A DNA stretch of 63,733 nucleotides from a virus (IMGVR_UViG_3300032722_000019:1-63733); one strand, 5' to 3'. Positions 9,192-18,163 are shown, counted from the first letter of the stretch. The notes: generated by a model not told the origin, from the letters alone. A program made the numbers and translations.

Positions 9192-9560
9192 CTACTCCTC
9201 CTTCTCGGCTTCCTCCTCGGCCGGCCGCGGGGGCCACACCGCCGGCCGCGGGCCCCGGTAGACCCAGCCGTGCGCGGCCAGGTACTCGGGGGAGAAGCCC
9301 AGGCGGTTGCCGGTGCCCAGGACGGGCAGCCAGCAGGAATTGGGGCCGGACCACTGCATGGCCACTCCGTGGCCGCCGTGGGGCGGGGTCAGCACGTGCC
9401 AGCTGCCGTCCGCCACGGGGGCGGGGGGCGTGGCGCGGGCCGGCGCGTGGGCGCAGCGGGCGGGCAGCGCGGGGCGCCCCACGTGGACGTAGCCGCGGCC
9501 GTGGCTGAAGACGTGGCAGCAGGGGTCCTGGTGGGCCTGCTCTCTGTTGACGTTGGTCAT
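9192..9560 (-). CDS. Hypothetical protein
   Basis: ATGA overlap with upstream gene; fills the gap in the operon. Confidence 0.5.
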   Translation of the reverse strand: MTNVNREQAHQDPCCHVFSHGRGYVHVGRPALPARCAHAPARATPPAPVADGSWHVLTPPHGGHGVAMQWSGPNSCWLPVLGTGNRLGFSPEYLAAHGWVYRGPRPAVWPPRPAEEEAEKEE

Positions 9561-10057
9561 TGCTCTATCCAGACCTTGACCGAGGCCTGGTAGAGCCCCG
9601 TGTCTATGAAGGAGGGACGGCGCGGGTTGGAGCCCGCGTAGGGGTGGGCCAGCCGGTGGTTGACGCCGGCCAGCGCGGCCTGGGTCGGGACCGCCAGCGT
9701 GGGGCCCTTGAGGCTGGCCTGGTACTCGGCCTCTCTCGAGGAGAGGTAGTGCTTGAACCAGGCCTCTATCTCGGAGCAGGCCGGGGCGAATATCTCGGGG
9801 TTGGCCGGGCGGTTGTTGAGGACGTTGTCCAGGTCTCCCAGGACCGCCTCCACCAGGCTCTCCTCTATGCGGTCGCGGTAGGCCTCGAAGAAGGTCTCCA
9901 TGACCGCGTAGTGGTCCTCCAGGTACTCCGCCACCTCTCCGGTGGTGATGCTCAGGGTGACCTTGCGGCGCTTCTTGAAGGGCTTGCCCTTCTTGGTCAG
10001 GTGCTCCTGCTCGTAGGCGTAGGGGACGTCGATGACCCCTATGTTGAGGGTCGTCAC
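9557..10057 (-). CDS. Neck/tail completion protein
   Basis: C-terminal RPSFIDTGLYQAS motif typical of phage neck proteins. Confidence 0.65.
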   Translation of the reverse strand: MTTLNIGVIDVPYAYEQEHLTKKGKPFKKRRKVTLSITTGEVAEYLEDHYAVMETFFEAYRDRIEESLVEAVLGDLDNVLNNRPANPEIFAPACSEIEAWFKHYLSSREAEYQASLKGPTLAVPTQAALAGVNHRLAHPYAGSNPRRPSFIDTGLYQASVKVWIEQ

Positions 10058-10581
10058 CCCCAGCAGCCGCGCGACAATCCCACGATGCCCGGCCCGTAGG
10101 ACTGCGCGATGCCGAGGTACTGCCGGCCCCAGGGGGTCTGGAGGTTGGCCAGCTGGCTCACCGTGAGCTTCTTCGCCCAGTCGGGCACGTCGTAGCTGGC
10201 GGAGGTGCTCTCGTCGCTGGCCGAGGTGATGGCCCCGCTGACGAAGCCGTTGAGGTTGAACTGCTTGCGCGTCCAGGCCCAGTAGGCCATGGGCGGCTTG
10301 GAGCCCCTCACGGCCGGGGCGTCCGGGGCGTCCTGGGCGAAGTTGACCAGGCGGTCTCCCGCCAGGTTGTACACCGCCAGCGCGTAGGGCGACAGGGAGT
10401 CCGGCGTGCCCAGCGGGGGGACGGGTCCCCCCACGCTCCTGAGCGAGGGGTTGACGAACATCAGCGCCACGTTGTAGGACATCCCGATGACGGGGCTGTC
10501 GTCTGGGAGGACCGCTGGGGACACCCCCATGACCTTTCGGATGAACGGGTCTAGGTAGTAGGAGAGGTTGGGCTGACTCAA
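10054..10581 (-). CDS. Head-tail adaptor (DUF4054-like)
   Basis: Start reassigned to TTG 10581 (MSQPNLS); AVYNLAG, SASDESTS and TPWGRQYL motifs. Confidence 0.7.
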   Translation of the reverse strand: MSQPNLSYYLDPFIRKVMGVSPAVLPDDSPVIGMSYNVALMFVNPSLRSVGGPVPPLGTPDSLSPYALAVYNLAGDRLVNFAQDAPDAPAVRGSKPPMAYWAWTRKQFNLNGFVSGAITSASDESTSASYDVPDWAKKLTVSQLANLQTPWGRQYLGIAQSYGPGIVGLSRGCWG

Positions 10582-10814
10582 GGCCTGACCACCTGGATGG
10601 TCGCGCCCTGGCTGTTCTCCACGAACGCGATGTGGAAGTCGGCGCCGTCCTCGTCGCCCTGTGGACGGAAGACCTCGACGGTCTCGTCCGGGGCGCCCGC
10701 GGGCTTCTTGAGGAGGACGCGGGCCACTCCGTCGCCCGGCTCCACGCAGGCCTCGACGCACTCCACGTTGCGGGTGCGCCGGGTCCTCTCGTTGCGGAAC
10801 TTGACGGTCAGCAT
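10578..10814 (-). CDS. Hypothetical protein
   Basis: RBS GGAGG; AFVENSQGATI C-terminus; typical codon use. Confidence 0.55.
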   Translation of the reverse strand: MLTVKFRNERTRRTRNVECVEACVEPGDGVARVLLKKPAGAPDETVEVFRPQGDEDGADFHIAFVENSQGATIQVVRP

Positions 10815-10832
10815 GGCGCGCGCCTCCCCCGC

Positions 10833-11369
10833 TCAGGCCCGCTTCTGTCCGGGCCGGCCGCCCTTGCCGTCGGGGCGGACGATGACGCCCTCCTCGATGC
10901 GCTTCTCGCCGAGCTCGGACTGGGCCACCTGCTCGAACTCCACGCTGGTCTGCTTGGGGGCGATGAGGCTGGCGGCGTCGAGCACGGCCTGGCTCACGCC
11001 CACGGCCGCGGCCTGGCGGCGCGCGGTGCCCTGCTTGGCGTACACGCCGTTGTTGATGTTGCGCTGGCGACGGATGGCCTCCTGGGTCGGGGGCTGGTCC
11101 TCGCGGTAGATGTAGGGGACGACGAAAGGCTTGTTGCGGCTGACCTCGTCGTGCTTGGTCAGGCCGACCTTGCTCAGCTGGTCGATGATCGAGATAGCCT
11201 GGGCCCGGTGGAGGTCTCCGCCGATGGCGACGGTGCCGCCCGAGGGGATCTTCTCCTGGCGGTGCGAGCGGAAGCGGTCCGCCTCGTCATGGTTCCCGTC
11301 CTTGTCGAAGTCCAGGCGGTAGCAGACGATCTGGTCCTGCATGGTGCAGTTGGAGATGTAGAGCTTCAT
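10833..11369 (-). CDS. Conserved phage protein downstream of capsid
   Basis: MKLYISNCTMQ start, good RBS. Confidence 0.6.
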   Translation of the reverse strand: MKLYISNCTMQDQIVCYRLDFDKDGNHDEADRFRSHRQEKIPSGGTVAIGGDLHRAQAISIIDQLSKVGLTKHDEVSRNKPFVVPYIYREDQPPTQEAIRRQRNINNGVYAKQGTARRQAAAVGVSQAVLDAASLIAPKQTSVEFEQVAQSELGEKRIEEGVIVRPDGKGGRPGQKRA

Positions 11370-11478
11370 GTCCTTTGGTCCTTCTTCTACTTCTTCTGTG
11401 GGAGGGTGGTGCCGCCCCCGGCGTTGGCGCGCCGGAGGCGGGTCGTTTTCGCCCCGTTTTCGACTCGTTTCCGAGTCG

Positions 11479-12495
11479 CTAGTAGGCCATCGAGATGAGC
11501 AGCAGCGCCTGGTAGCGCGGGGCCCAGCCCGAGGAGATGCGCCACTCCATCATGAAGTGGGTCATGCCCATCGGCATCGGCGAGATGATCTCGGTCGGGG
11601 CCGCCTTGTCGCAGTACTGGGTCAGGCAGGCCGCCCAGTTGGGAGCGCCGCCGCCCCACACGTTGGTGTTGTGGCCGGTCGCGGCGGGGACCGCCACCTC
11701 CGGCATCGCGAGGATCACCAGGTCGGTGCCGCCCGAGCCCTTGCCGATCAGGGTATCGTCGTACACCCAGATCAGGTCGTCCCCGTTCTCCATCAAGATT
11801 TCCTTGACGGTGCCGCGGGTCGAGGCCGTGCCCGCCCCCTCGCGCTGGAACTGCGTCAGCTGCACTACGTTGTACTCGAACGAGCCGAGGATGCGCTGCG
11901 GACCGAGGATGGTGAAGCTGCGGCCGATGCCCAGCTGCAGGGTGGCGGTCTTGAGCGCCAGGATCTGCTGCGACAGGAAGAAGGCCATCTGGCCGTTGTC
12001 GTAGCTGCGGGCGGTGTCGTTGCCGAACGAGTCCGGCGGCAGGTTGATGGCCTGCGCGCCGGGCGCGTTGACCAGGCCCTCGCCCATCTCCGGGTGTAAC
12101 CCGTAGAGGCAGGCCTCGCGGGCCAGCTGGTTGTTGCCCTGCCGCATGCCGTTGCGGTACTCCTCCACCACGGAGAGGCCCCAGCGGCCGCCGGCCGCCA
12201 CGTCGTGGTGGTCGTACTGGTTGGCCACGCGGAGCAGGTAGGTCGGCGTGCTGATCATGGACGCGAGGATGTCCACGCTCGGGAGCTCGTTGAAGGCCGA
12301 CTGGCCCGCGGCCACCCGGTTGCGGAGGTTGAGCTGCTTGGCGTAGACCAGCAGCGAGTCGCTCTCGAGCCGCGTCCGGAGCTGCCCGTCGGCGAGCAGC
12401 TCGATGAAGCCGGAGGCCTGCGTCTGCTGACGCAGGAACTCGGGCTCGATGAACGAGGGGTTGAGGGTGACGAAGCTAGCGGCTTGCAGAGACAT
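11479..12495 (-). CDS. Major capsid protein
   Basis: 338 aa, after protease/scaffold and decoration genes; NPSFIEPE start and RISSGW C-terminal motif. Confidence 0.8.
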   Translation of the reverse strand: MSLQAASFVTLNPSFIEPEFLRQQTQASGFIELLADGQLRTRLESDSLLVYAKQLNLRNRVAAGQSAFNELPSVDILASMISTPTYLLRVANQYDHHDVAAGGRWGLSVVEEYRNGMRQGNNQLAREACLYGLHPEMGEGLVNAPGAQAINLPPDSFGNDTARSYDNGQMAFFLSQQILALKTATLQLGIGRSFTILGPQRILGSFEYNVVQLTQFQREGAGTASTRGTVKEILMENGDDLIWVYDDTLIGKGSGGTDLVILAMPEVAVPAATGHNTNVWGGGAPNWAACLTQYCDKAAPTEIISPMPMGMTHFMMEWRISSGWAPRYQALLLISMAY

Positions 12496-12536
12496 GCTTT
12501 GGGTTCCCTATTGCTGTGCGGTTGCGGGGATGAAGG

Positions 12537-13403
12537 CTAGATCTGGATCACGGCCGCACAGCCGTCGTAGTTCCAGGTGGCGAAGCCGGTCACCGGGTCG
12601 TAGTTGACCACGATGTTGTCGTTCAGGCTGATCTCCAGCACCGAGCAGGGGAGCGCCACGGAGGCACCCGAGCCTAGGGTGAGGGAGCCGCCCGTGATGG
12701 TGGAGGCGCCCGCACCGGGCGTGCCCGCCAGGGTGACCTGGGTGCCCGCGACCGCCGTGGCGGTGTAGGTGCCGTCGAGCGAGGCGTAGGCCCCCGTGCC
12801 GGTCAGGCCCGAGAGGATCACCGAGTCGCCCGCGCTGAACGGGGCGGCCGCGGACATCGTCAGGACGATGACGCCCGTGGTGTTGTTGTAGGTGCCCGAC
12901 GAGATGGTCAGGGTGCCCAGGTAAGGCACCAGGCGCTGGGCCACGAAGTCCCAGGAGACCGGGCCCGAGATCGGGCCGCCCTGCAGGGAGACCAGGTCGG
13001 GGTCGGCCGCCACCCAGATGCGGGCCTTGGAGCCCAGGGCGTAGGAGTTGACCAGGCCGCCGGCCGCGGTCAGCGGAACGGGGCTCTGCGGGGTGGTGAC
13101 CGCCGCGTAGTTCTGGTCGAACACCGAGAAGCCCGCCAGCGCCTTGGAGCCGGTGAGGCCCGTGGCGCGGCCGACCTGGACGCCGAGCGCGGCGCTGGGG
13201 CCCGTCCCGCCGCCCGGGGAGGGCACGTTCTCGAAGATGCCCACGCCGCCCCACATGGGGAGGGTTTCCGCCGCGGCGAGGATGCCGCCGCGCAGGCGCC
13301 ACACGGCGCTGGGGTCGGAGTAGGCCGTGCCCTGCCGCCCACCCACGCTGGTGGTGTTGAACAGGCCCTGGCCGTTGGTCGTCTTGTACGGGTTGAACTG
13401 CAT
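12537..13403 (-). CDS. Capsid decoration/cement protein with inserted beta-barrel domain
   Basis: LPMWGGVGI, TPQSPVP and VSWDF motifs; between scaffold and capsid. Confidence 0.65.
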   Translation of the reverse strand: MQFNPYKTTNGQGLFNTTSVGGRQGTAYSDPSAVWRLRGGILAAAETLPMWGGVGIFENVPSPGGGTGPSAALGVQVGRATGLTGSKALAGFSVFDQNYAAVTTPQSPVPLTAAGGLVNSYALGSKARIWVAADPDLVSLQGGPISGPVSWDFVAQRLVPYLGTLTISSGTYNNTTGVIVLTMSAAAPFSAGDSVILSGLTGTGAYASLDGTYTATAVAGTQVTLAGTPGAGASTITGGSLTLGSGASVALPCSVLEISLNDNIVVNYDPVTGFATWNYDGCAAVIQI

Positions 13404-13452
13404 TTAAGTCTCCGGAGTCCTTTGGGTTTCTGGTCTGGCCGAGGCCGCGGCT

Positions 13453-15468
13453 CTAGCCGCGGCGCGCGCCCGGGGTGGGGTTGATCCAGCGCACGCCGCG
13501 CTGGCCGACCGGGCCGGCCAGGGGCCGCATCCAGGCCGCGGTCTCCCCGTAGAACTCGTTGAAGGTGTGGCCGCCGTCCTGGCGCGAGCGCATGACGAGG
13601 GTGCCCTTGGCGATGTCCGTGGGGTTGCGGGCCGCGGTGATGGCGTCGGCGATGATGTCCGCCTCGGCCATCTCGAGCAGCGAGTCATTGACCGCGAGCA
13701 GGCCGATGTCCTTGTCCTTGTACTTCGACGAGTGCTTCTGGAGCTCGCGGAGACGCTGCATGCGGTACTCGTGCAGGGTCTGGCCGAGCAGCGGGGCCGG
13801 GGCCTGCCCGCCGTGCGCGCTGTAGGCGGAGTCGAAGCGGGCCTGGGCCTGCAGGAGCGCCGAGCGGCTCTCGTGGTTGTTGTTCCGCATGGCTCCCTCC
13901 ACCTGGCCCTTGAGCTTGGCCAGCTCGTCGCGCAGGTCTGCGATGGTCTGCGCGTCCTTCTTGGCCTTCTTCTCCTCTTCCTCGGCGTCCTTCTTCTCCT
14001 TGGCCTCCTCCTCGGCCTTCTTGTCGATGTCCTCGGCGTCCTTCTTCTCCTTCTCCCAGGCCTCCTCGGCGTCCTTGCGGCGCCGCTTGGCGCTATCGGC
14101 GGCCATGTCCTCGGACTCGCCGGCCTCCATCATCGCGTCCTTGCACGCCTTCTCCGCGGCGTCCATCTTCTCCTTGTGCTCCTCCTCGCTCTCCTCGGAG
14201 TCCTTCTTGGGGAACTCGAAGGCGTCGGCCTTGGCCTTGGCGTCCTTGCGCTCCTTCTCCTCGGCCGCGTCGACGCGGGCCTTGAGCTGGGCCACGACGT
14301 CCTTGACGCCGACCAGGCCCTCGAGCAGCTTGTCCAGCTTGCCCTCGTCGCCCTTGGACACGCTGTCGGCACGGGCCAGGAGGGCCTCCGCCTCGGCCAC
14401 GCGGGTCGCGTAGCCCGCCTCGGTCTCGCCCTCGATGCGCTTCAGTTGGATCTTCATCTCTCCGTCTCCGTCTGTTCTGGTGTGGATGTTCTCTACGCCT
14501 GTCGGATCACCGCCCTTGTCCCAGACGCCGCGCTCGCAGATAGCGAGGTGATCCAGCAGGCTGGGCTTTCCTTCTACTATGACCTGGGTGCCGCCCTCCA
14601 GCGTGAGCGTGGTGTTGTCGGCCCCCAGGAGGACCCCCGGGCTGGTGGACAGCTGCGTCTCGGTCAGGGCGCGCGCGGCGTCCTGGTCGTAGACGCGGGC
14701 GATGCCCCAGGGCTCCATCTCTCCGTTCTCGTCCGGGCGCAGGTAGGTGATCATGATCGCACCGATGCTGCGTTCGGCGTACTGCCGAGTGTTGAGGATG
14801 GCCTCCTCGGGGTGCATGATGATCACGGGCAGGCCCTGCGCTCGGCGCAGGAACTCCGGGCTGTTGTAGTCCTCGGGCCGGCGGTAGACCACCTCGGCCT
14901 TCTGGACGACCTTGCCCTCCGCGTTCTTCTTCTCGCCCCGGATGGCCGTGCCCACGCCGCTGATGCGCAGCGCGAACAGCCAGATGTTACCGTACTCCTG
15001 AGGGCTGACCAGCTCGCCGTCGCGGATGGCCTCGGCCACCTGGAGCTCGTCGTTCATCGTGAAGCGCCGCAGCGCCACCGCGCAGCCGGGGTGGAGGGGG
15101 GCCGGCGGGCTGCCGATGTCGGCCCAGGCGTAGCCCAGGTGCTCGTCGTTGAGCACCGGAGTGAAGTCCTCGGCGTCCCGGACCAGGAAGGTCGTGAAGT
15201 CCACCTGCTCGCCCTGGGGAGGCGTGACCAGCGGGCTGTCCTCCTGCGGACGCAGAGAGCGGGTCCAGAACTTGAGCTGGTCCTCCTTGGCCTTGAACCC
15301 GGTCTCCTCCTGGGTCTCCCGGATGGCCGTCTGCTGGGCGGTCTCCTCGCCCTCGCGCCGGCCGCCGGGGAAGGCCCACATCCCGGGGTAGTCCGAGCCC
15401 GGGCCGCGCTGCAGGAACAGCGCCTGGCCATGTTTGTTGAGGATGAGGAGGCCGGCCGCGCGAATCAC
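13453..15468 (-). CDS. Nudix hydrolase-prohead protease (DUF2213-like)-scaffold fusion
   Basis: Full Nudix box GRREGEETAQQTAIRETQEETGF; protease motifs GLPVIIMHP, LSTSPGV, DHLAICERGVWDKGG; charged coiled-coil C-terminus; possible internal scaffold start at ATG 14457. Confidence 0.85.
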   Translation of the reverse strand: MIRAAGLLILNKHGQALFLQRGPGSDYPGMWAFPGGRREGEETAQQTAIRETQEETGFKAKEDQLKFWTRSLRPQEDSPLVTPPQGEQVDFTTFLVRDAEDFTPVLNDEHLGYAWADIGSPPAPLHPGCAVALRRFTMNDELQVAEAIRDGELVSPQEYGNIWLFALRISGVGTAIRGEKKNAEGKVVQKAEVVYRRPEDYNSPEFLRRAQGLPVIIMHPEEAILNTRQYAERSIGAIMITYLRPDENGEMEPWGIARVYDQDAARALTETQLSTSPGVLLGADNTTLTLEGGTQVIVEGKPSLLDHLAICERGVWDKGGDPTGVENIHTRTDGDGEMKIQLKRIEGETEAGYATRVAEAEALLARADSVSKGDEGKLDKLLEGLVGVKDVVAQLKARVDAAEEKERKDAKAKADAFEFPKKDSEESEEEHKEKMDAAEKACKDAMMEAGESEDMAADSAKRRRKDAEEAWEKEKKDAEDIDKKAEEEAKEKKDAEEEEKKAKKDAQTIADLRDELAKLKGQVEGAMRNNNHESRSALLQAQARFDSAYSAHGGQAPAPLLGQTLHEYRMQRLRELQKHSSKYKDKDIGLLAVNDSLLEMAEADIIADAITAARNPTDIAKGTLVMRSRQDGGHTFNEFYGETAAWMRPLAGPVGQRGVRWINPTPGARRG

Positions 15469-16349
15469 TTACCCTTAGCCTCGTCCTGGGCCTTGTTGAA
15501 GCCCGAGGCCCAGTTGTAGGCCGCGTCGCTGCCCTCGCTGTAGGGATTAGCCTGGCGAGTCTTGCCGGCCTTGAACGCGGCAGCGCCCTCCTCGGCGTGC
15601 TTTCGGTTGTAGGCGACCGCGTCCTTCTTCCCCATCCGGTCGACCCGGCGGGCCACCTCGGCGATCTCTCCGACCACGGCGTCCATCTCGGCCACGCAGT
15701 CGTCGAGGGTGGCGTCCTTCTTGGAGCCAGACTCCATCTTCCTGATAGCAGCCTCGGCCTCAGCCTTCGTCTTGTACATCGCGTCGCCTGCATAGTCGCC
15801 GTTCTTGTCTGCGATGTACCAGGTGTGGGAGTGCCCTTCGCGGGCAAGGTCGGGGTTCTGCTTAGCCGTGTACTGGGCCGCGTCGTTCTTATTCGTCGCC
15901 ATCAACTTCTCCACTTCCGTGCGGACCGCGCCCTCGTCCAGCGCACGGCTCAGGGGAATCTCGAAAACCTTGGTGCCCAGGGGGACCTTGACCTGGACCA
16001 GCCACTTGTCGGCGGTCTGCTTGAGGCCGGTGATCTGGCCTGCATCAGAGCGGGTGTCCTTCCACTCGACCCGGATCATCGGGCCGCCGCTCGTCAGGCC
16101 GACGGCAGAGGCCTGTCCCGAGCTCTCCGCCTTCTCGAGGACCTTGCCTTTGCGGCCGTCGAACATGTACGTCTTGCCCACCTGGAGGCTGTTGTACATG
16201 GACTGGCGGACGTTCATCCAGCTGGTCACGTCCCCGCGTGCCTCGGAGTAGGCGATGGCCACGGCCTGCTTCTCCGGTTTGCCGGCATGGCGCTCGGTAG
16301 CGATGTTCTTGGAGATCGTAGCCTGGGAGGAGCCGGACAGGAGGGGCAT
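15465..16349 (-). CDS. Modular head-associated protein (putative polyprotein)
   Basis: Start reassigned to ATG 16349 (MPLLSGSSQATISKNIATE...KQAVAIAYS, a recurrent small phage domain); modules end in RGD/RSD/KND/KKD/KKD. Confidence 0.7.
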   Translation of the reverse strand: MPLLSGSSQATISKNIATERHAGKPEKQAVAIAYSEARGDVTSWMNVRQSMYNSLQVGKTYMFDGRKGKVLEKAESSGQASAVGLTSGGPMIRVEWKDTRSDAGQITGLKQTADKWLVQVKVPLGTKVFEIPLSRALDEGAVRTEVEKLMATNKNDAAQYTAKQNPDLAREGHSHTWYIADKNGDYAGDAMYKTKAEAEAAIRKMESGSKKDATLDDCVAEMDAVVGEIAEVARRVDRMGKKDAVAYNRKHAEEGAAAFKAGKTRQANPYSEGSDAAYNWASGFNKAQDEAKGK

Positions 16350-16444
16350 CAGAGACTCCTGATCACGCCGATCAGGATGATGGCGAGCAGGGAGCAGAAC
16401 ATGGTCCGGGTGACCAGGTCCGCGCGCCGCCAGAGCCGGATCAC
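16349..16444 (-). CDS. 31-aa membrane peptide
   Basis: MIRLWRRADLVTRTMFCSLLAIILIGVIRSL; GTGA and TGATG coupling on both sides. Confidence 0.5.
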   Translation of the reverse strand: MIRLWRRADLVTRTMFCSLLAIILIGVIRSL

Positions 16445-16686
16445 GACAGCGCCAGCATGTTGGTGGCCGTAGTCCCCGAGGTGTTGATCTCGGAGAAAGC
16501 CACCGGGAACACGCCGACCGGCACCGCCTTGAACAGGACCGCGTTGTCCTGCCCGGCGGGGACGCCGGTGATGTCCCCCGAGACGCCCACGTAGATCGCG
16601 GTGCAGGAGAACGGGGTGTCCAGCACCACCGCGGCCGCGCGACCGAAGTTGGAGACTGGGCTGGGGATGAACGGCAGCTTAGCCAT
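16441..16686 (-). CDS. Head spike base-like protein (resembles RcGTA Rcc01079 family)
   Basis: AIYVGVSGD...F.AVP.G..P...GTTATNMLAL pattern. Confidence 0.55.
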   Translation of the reverse strand: MAKLPFIPSPVSNFGRAAAVVLDTPFSCTAIYVGVSGDITGVPAGQDNAVLFKAVPVGVFPVAFSEINTSGTTATNMLALS

Positions 16687-17524
16687 GGGCGGCCCTCTTG
16701 CGTGCGGCGTTCTCCAGGAACTCCTCGCCCTTGGGCGTGAGGTAGTCCCTGGGCAACTGCCGGATGTTGTACAGGTACTGGTAGAAGCAGCGGCAGAACG
16801 GCTCCTCGGCCGGCTGCGTCATCTCGTCGGTGCACTTGGCCGCGCCCTTCCTGACGTAGCCCTCCTTGATCGCCCAGCTGTCGCGGACGAGGTAGGGGGC
16901 CCTGAGCGACTCGATCTCGCGGTCCTTGTGGTCCTCACGATAATCATAATTGGCTTGATGCCAGTGCGACTTCCAGACCGCGGCGATGGCGTTGCCCTGC
17001 TGGGCGAGCACCGCGTTGATGGACGAGACCAGCTTGTGGCCCTGGTCCGTCAGCACCCGGCGCTCCTCGAAGCGGAGGCCTGCGATACCCTTCTTGACGC
17101 CCTCGCGGACCTCTCGCTTCTTGACCGCGTCGCTGCCCCCGGCGGGGATGCTCGTGGCCCAGCCCGCGAACCGCTGCTGCATCTTGAGGACCACGGAGTC
17201 CTTGTTGAGCCTGATCAGGTTCAGGCTCGCCATGATCCTCTTGTCGAGCTCGGCCCTCAGGTAGGGCTTGATGCGCTCCAGCGTGAAGCGCGGGACGCCG
17301 GGGTGGTACCGCAGGACGCGGGCCTTCTCCACCATGTCGTTATACAGCCCGATCAGCCCCTTCTCCAGCATAGCCCTCATCTGGGCCTCTGGGGTGAAGG
17401 AGCGCCGGGCGGCCTCCGCGAGCAGTCTCTCCCACTCGGTGATCTGCTCGGGACTGAGGTAGCCCCGGTCCTCCAGGTCCTGCATGGCCGCGGCCAGGAC
17501 CTGGCTGAAGGTGGGCTCGGCCAC
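16679..17524 (-). CDS. Head morphogenesis protein (MuF/SPP1 gp7-like)
   Basis: DQGHKL, WKSHW, YREDH and PAEEPFCRC motifs. Confidence 0.8.
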   Translation of the reverse strand: MAEPTFSQVLAAAMQDLEDRGYLSPEQITEWERLLAEAARRSFTPEAQMRAMLEKGLIGLYNDMVEKARVLRYHPGVPRFTLERIKPYLRAELDKRIMASLNLIRLNKDSVVLKMQQRFAGWATSIPAGGSDAVKKREVREGVKKGIAGLRFEERRVLTDQGHKLVSSINAVLAQQGNAIAAVWKSHWHQANYDYREDHKDREIESLRAPYLVRDSWAIKEGYVRKGAAKCTDEMTQPAEEPFCRCFYQYLYNIRQLPRDYLTPKGEEFLENAARKRAAHG

Positions 17525-17748
17525 TAGGAGACGAAGTTGTCTATCTTGCGGATCGTGACCTGGAAGGTGGTCTCGTCGTCGAAGATGTTGACCTGGGCCA
17601 CGGCGAGGGAGGGCAGGCCCTCCAGGATCTTGGCGAGGGCCGTCGAGACCTCCGTCTTGGCCGGCAGCTCGGAGGCCTCTAGGAACTCCAGGGCGAGCGG
17701 GCCGACCTTGCTGACCAGGCCGATGCGGTTGAACTGAGTGGCGGGCAT
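17524..17748 (-). CDS. Hypothetical protein
   Basis: RBS AAGGAG; coupled to MuF gene. Confidence 0.55.
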   Translation of the reverse strand: MPATQFNRIGLVSKVGPLALEFLEASELPAKTEVSTALAKILEGLPSLAVAQVNIFDDETTFQVTIRKIDNFVS

Positions 17749-17758
17749 GTGGCTCTCC

Positions 17759-18163
17759 TTACTGGTGGCCGCGCAGGCGGCCGTCGGGGGTGACGGCCAG
17801 CCTTCCCGCGGCGATGCGGGCGGCCCGGCGCTGGGCCGAGCTGAGCTTGGTGGACTTACTCTCGGGCTGGGCCGAGAGGCGCCGGGGGTCCAGAGGCAGC
17901 TGGGCGAACATGAGCGTGGCGGCGAGCGCCTTGCCCGAGCGGGCCTCCATCAGGGGCGGCCTCTTGACCACGTCGGGTGTCACGCGCGCCCCGCGGGGCA
18001 TGTCCATGACAGCCTCGGGGTCGTAGCGCAGGCCGTCGGGGCGCTGGTACAGGCCCAGGGCGAGGATCTCCTCGTGGGTGTGCTCGGGCCAAACCGCGCG
18101 GGGTGGCACCTCCTGATTGTCGTACGCGGCCCGGACTTCCTCCAGGTGCTTCGTGTCTGTCAT
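17759..18163 (-). CDS. Hypothetical protein
   Basis: RBS AGGAGGAG; in operon. Confidence 0.55.
   Translation of the reverse strand: MTDTKHLEEVRAAYDNQEVPPRAVWPEHTHEEILALGLYQRPDGLRYDPEAVMDMPRGARVTPDVVKRPPLMEARSGKALAATLMFAQLPLDPRRLSAQPESKSTKLSSAQRRAARIAAGRLAVTPDGRLRGHQ

Noticed and set aside
11410-11442. Strong hairpin after the capsid gene as an intrinsic terminator
   Set aside because: No U-tract follows on the coding strand; it may be a stabilising stem but cannot be called a terminator.
634-13453. Frequent TAG stops suggesting stop-codon reassignment
   Set aside because: Genes are full length at TAG, the next genes begin immediately with their own starts, and no suppressor tRNA was seen.
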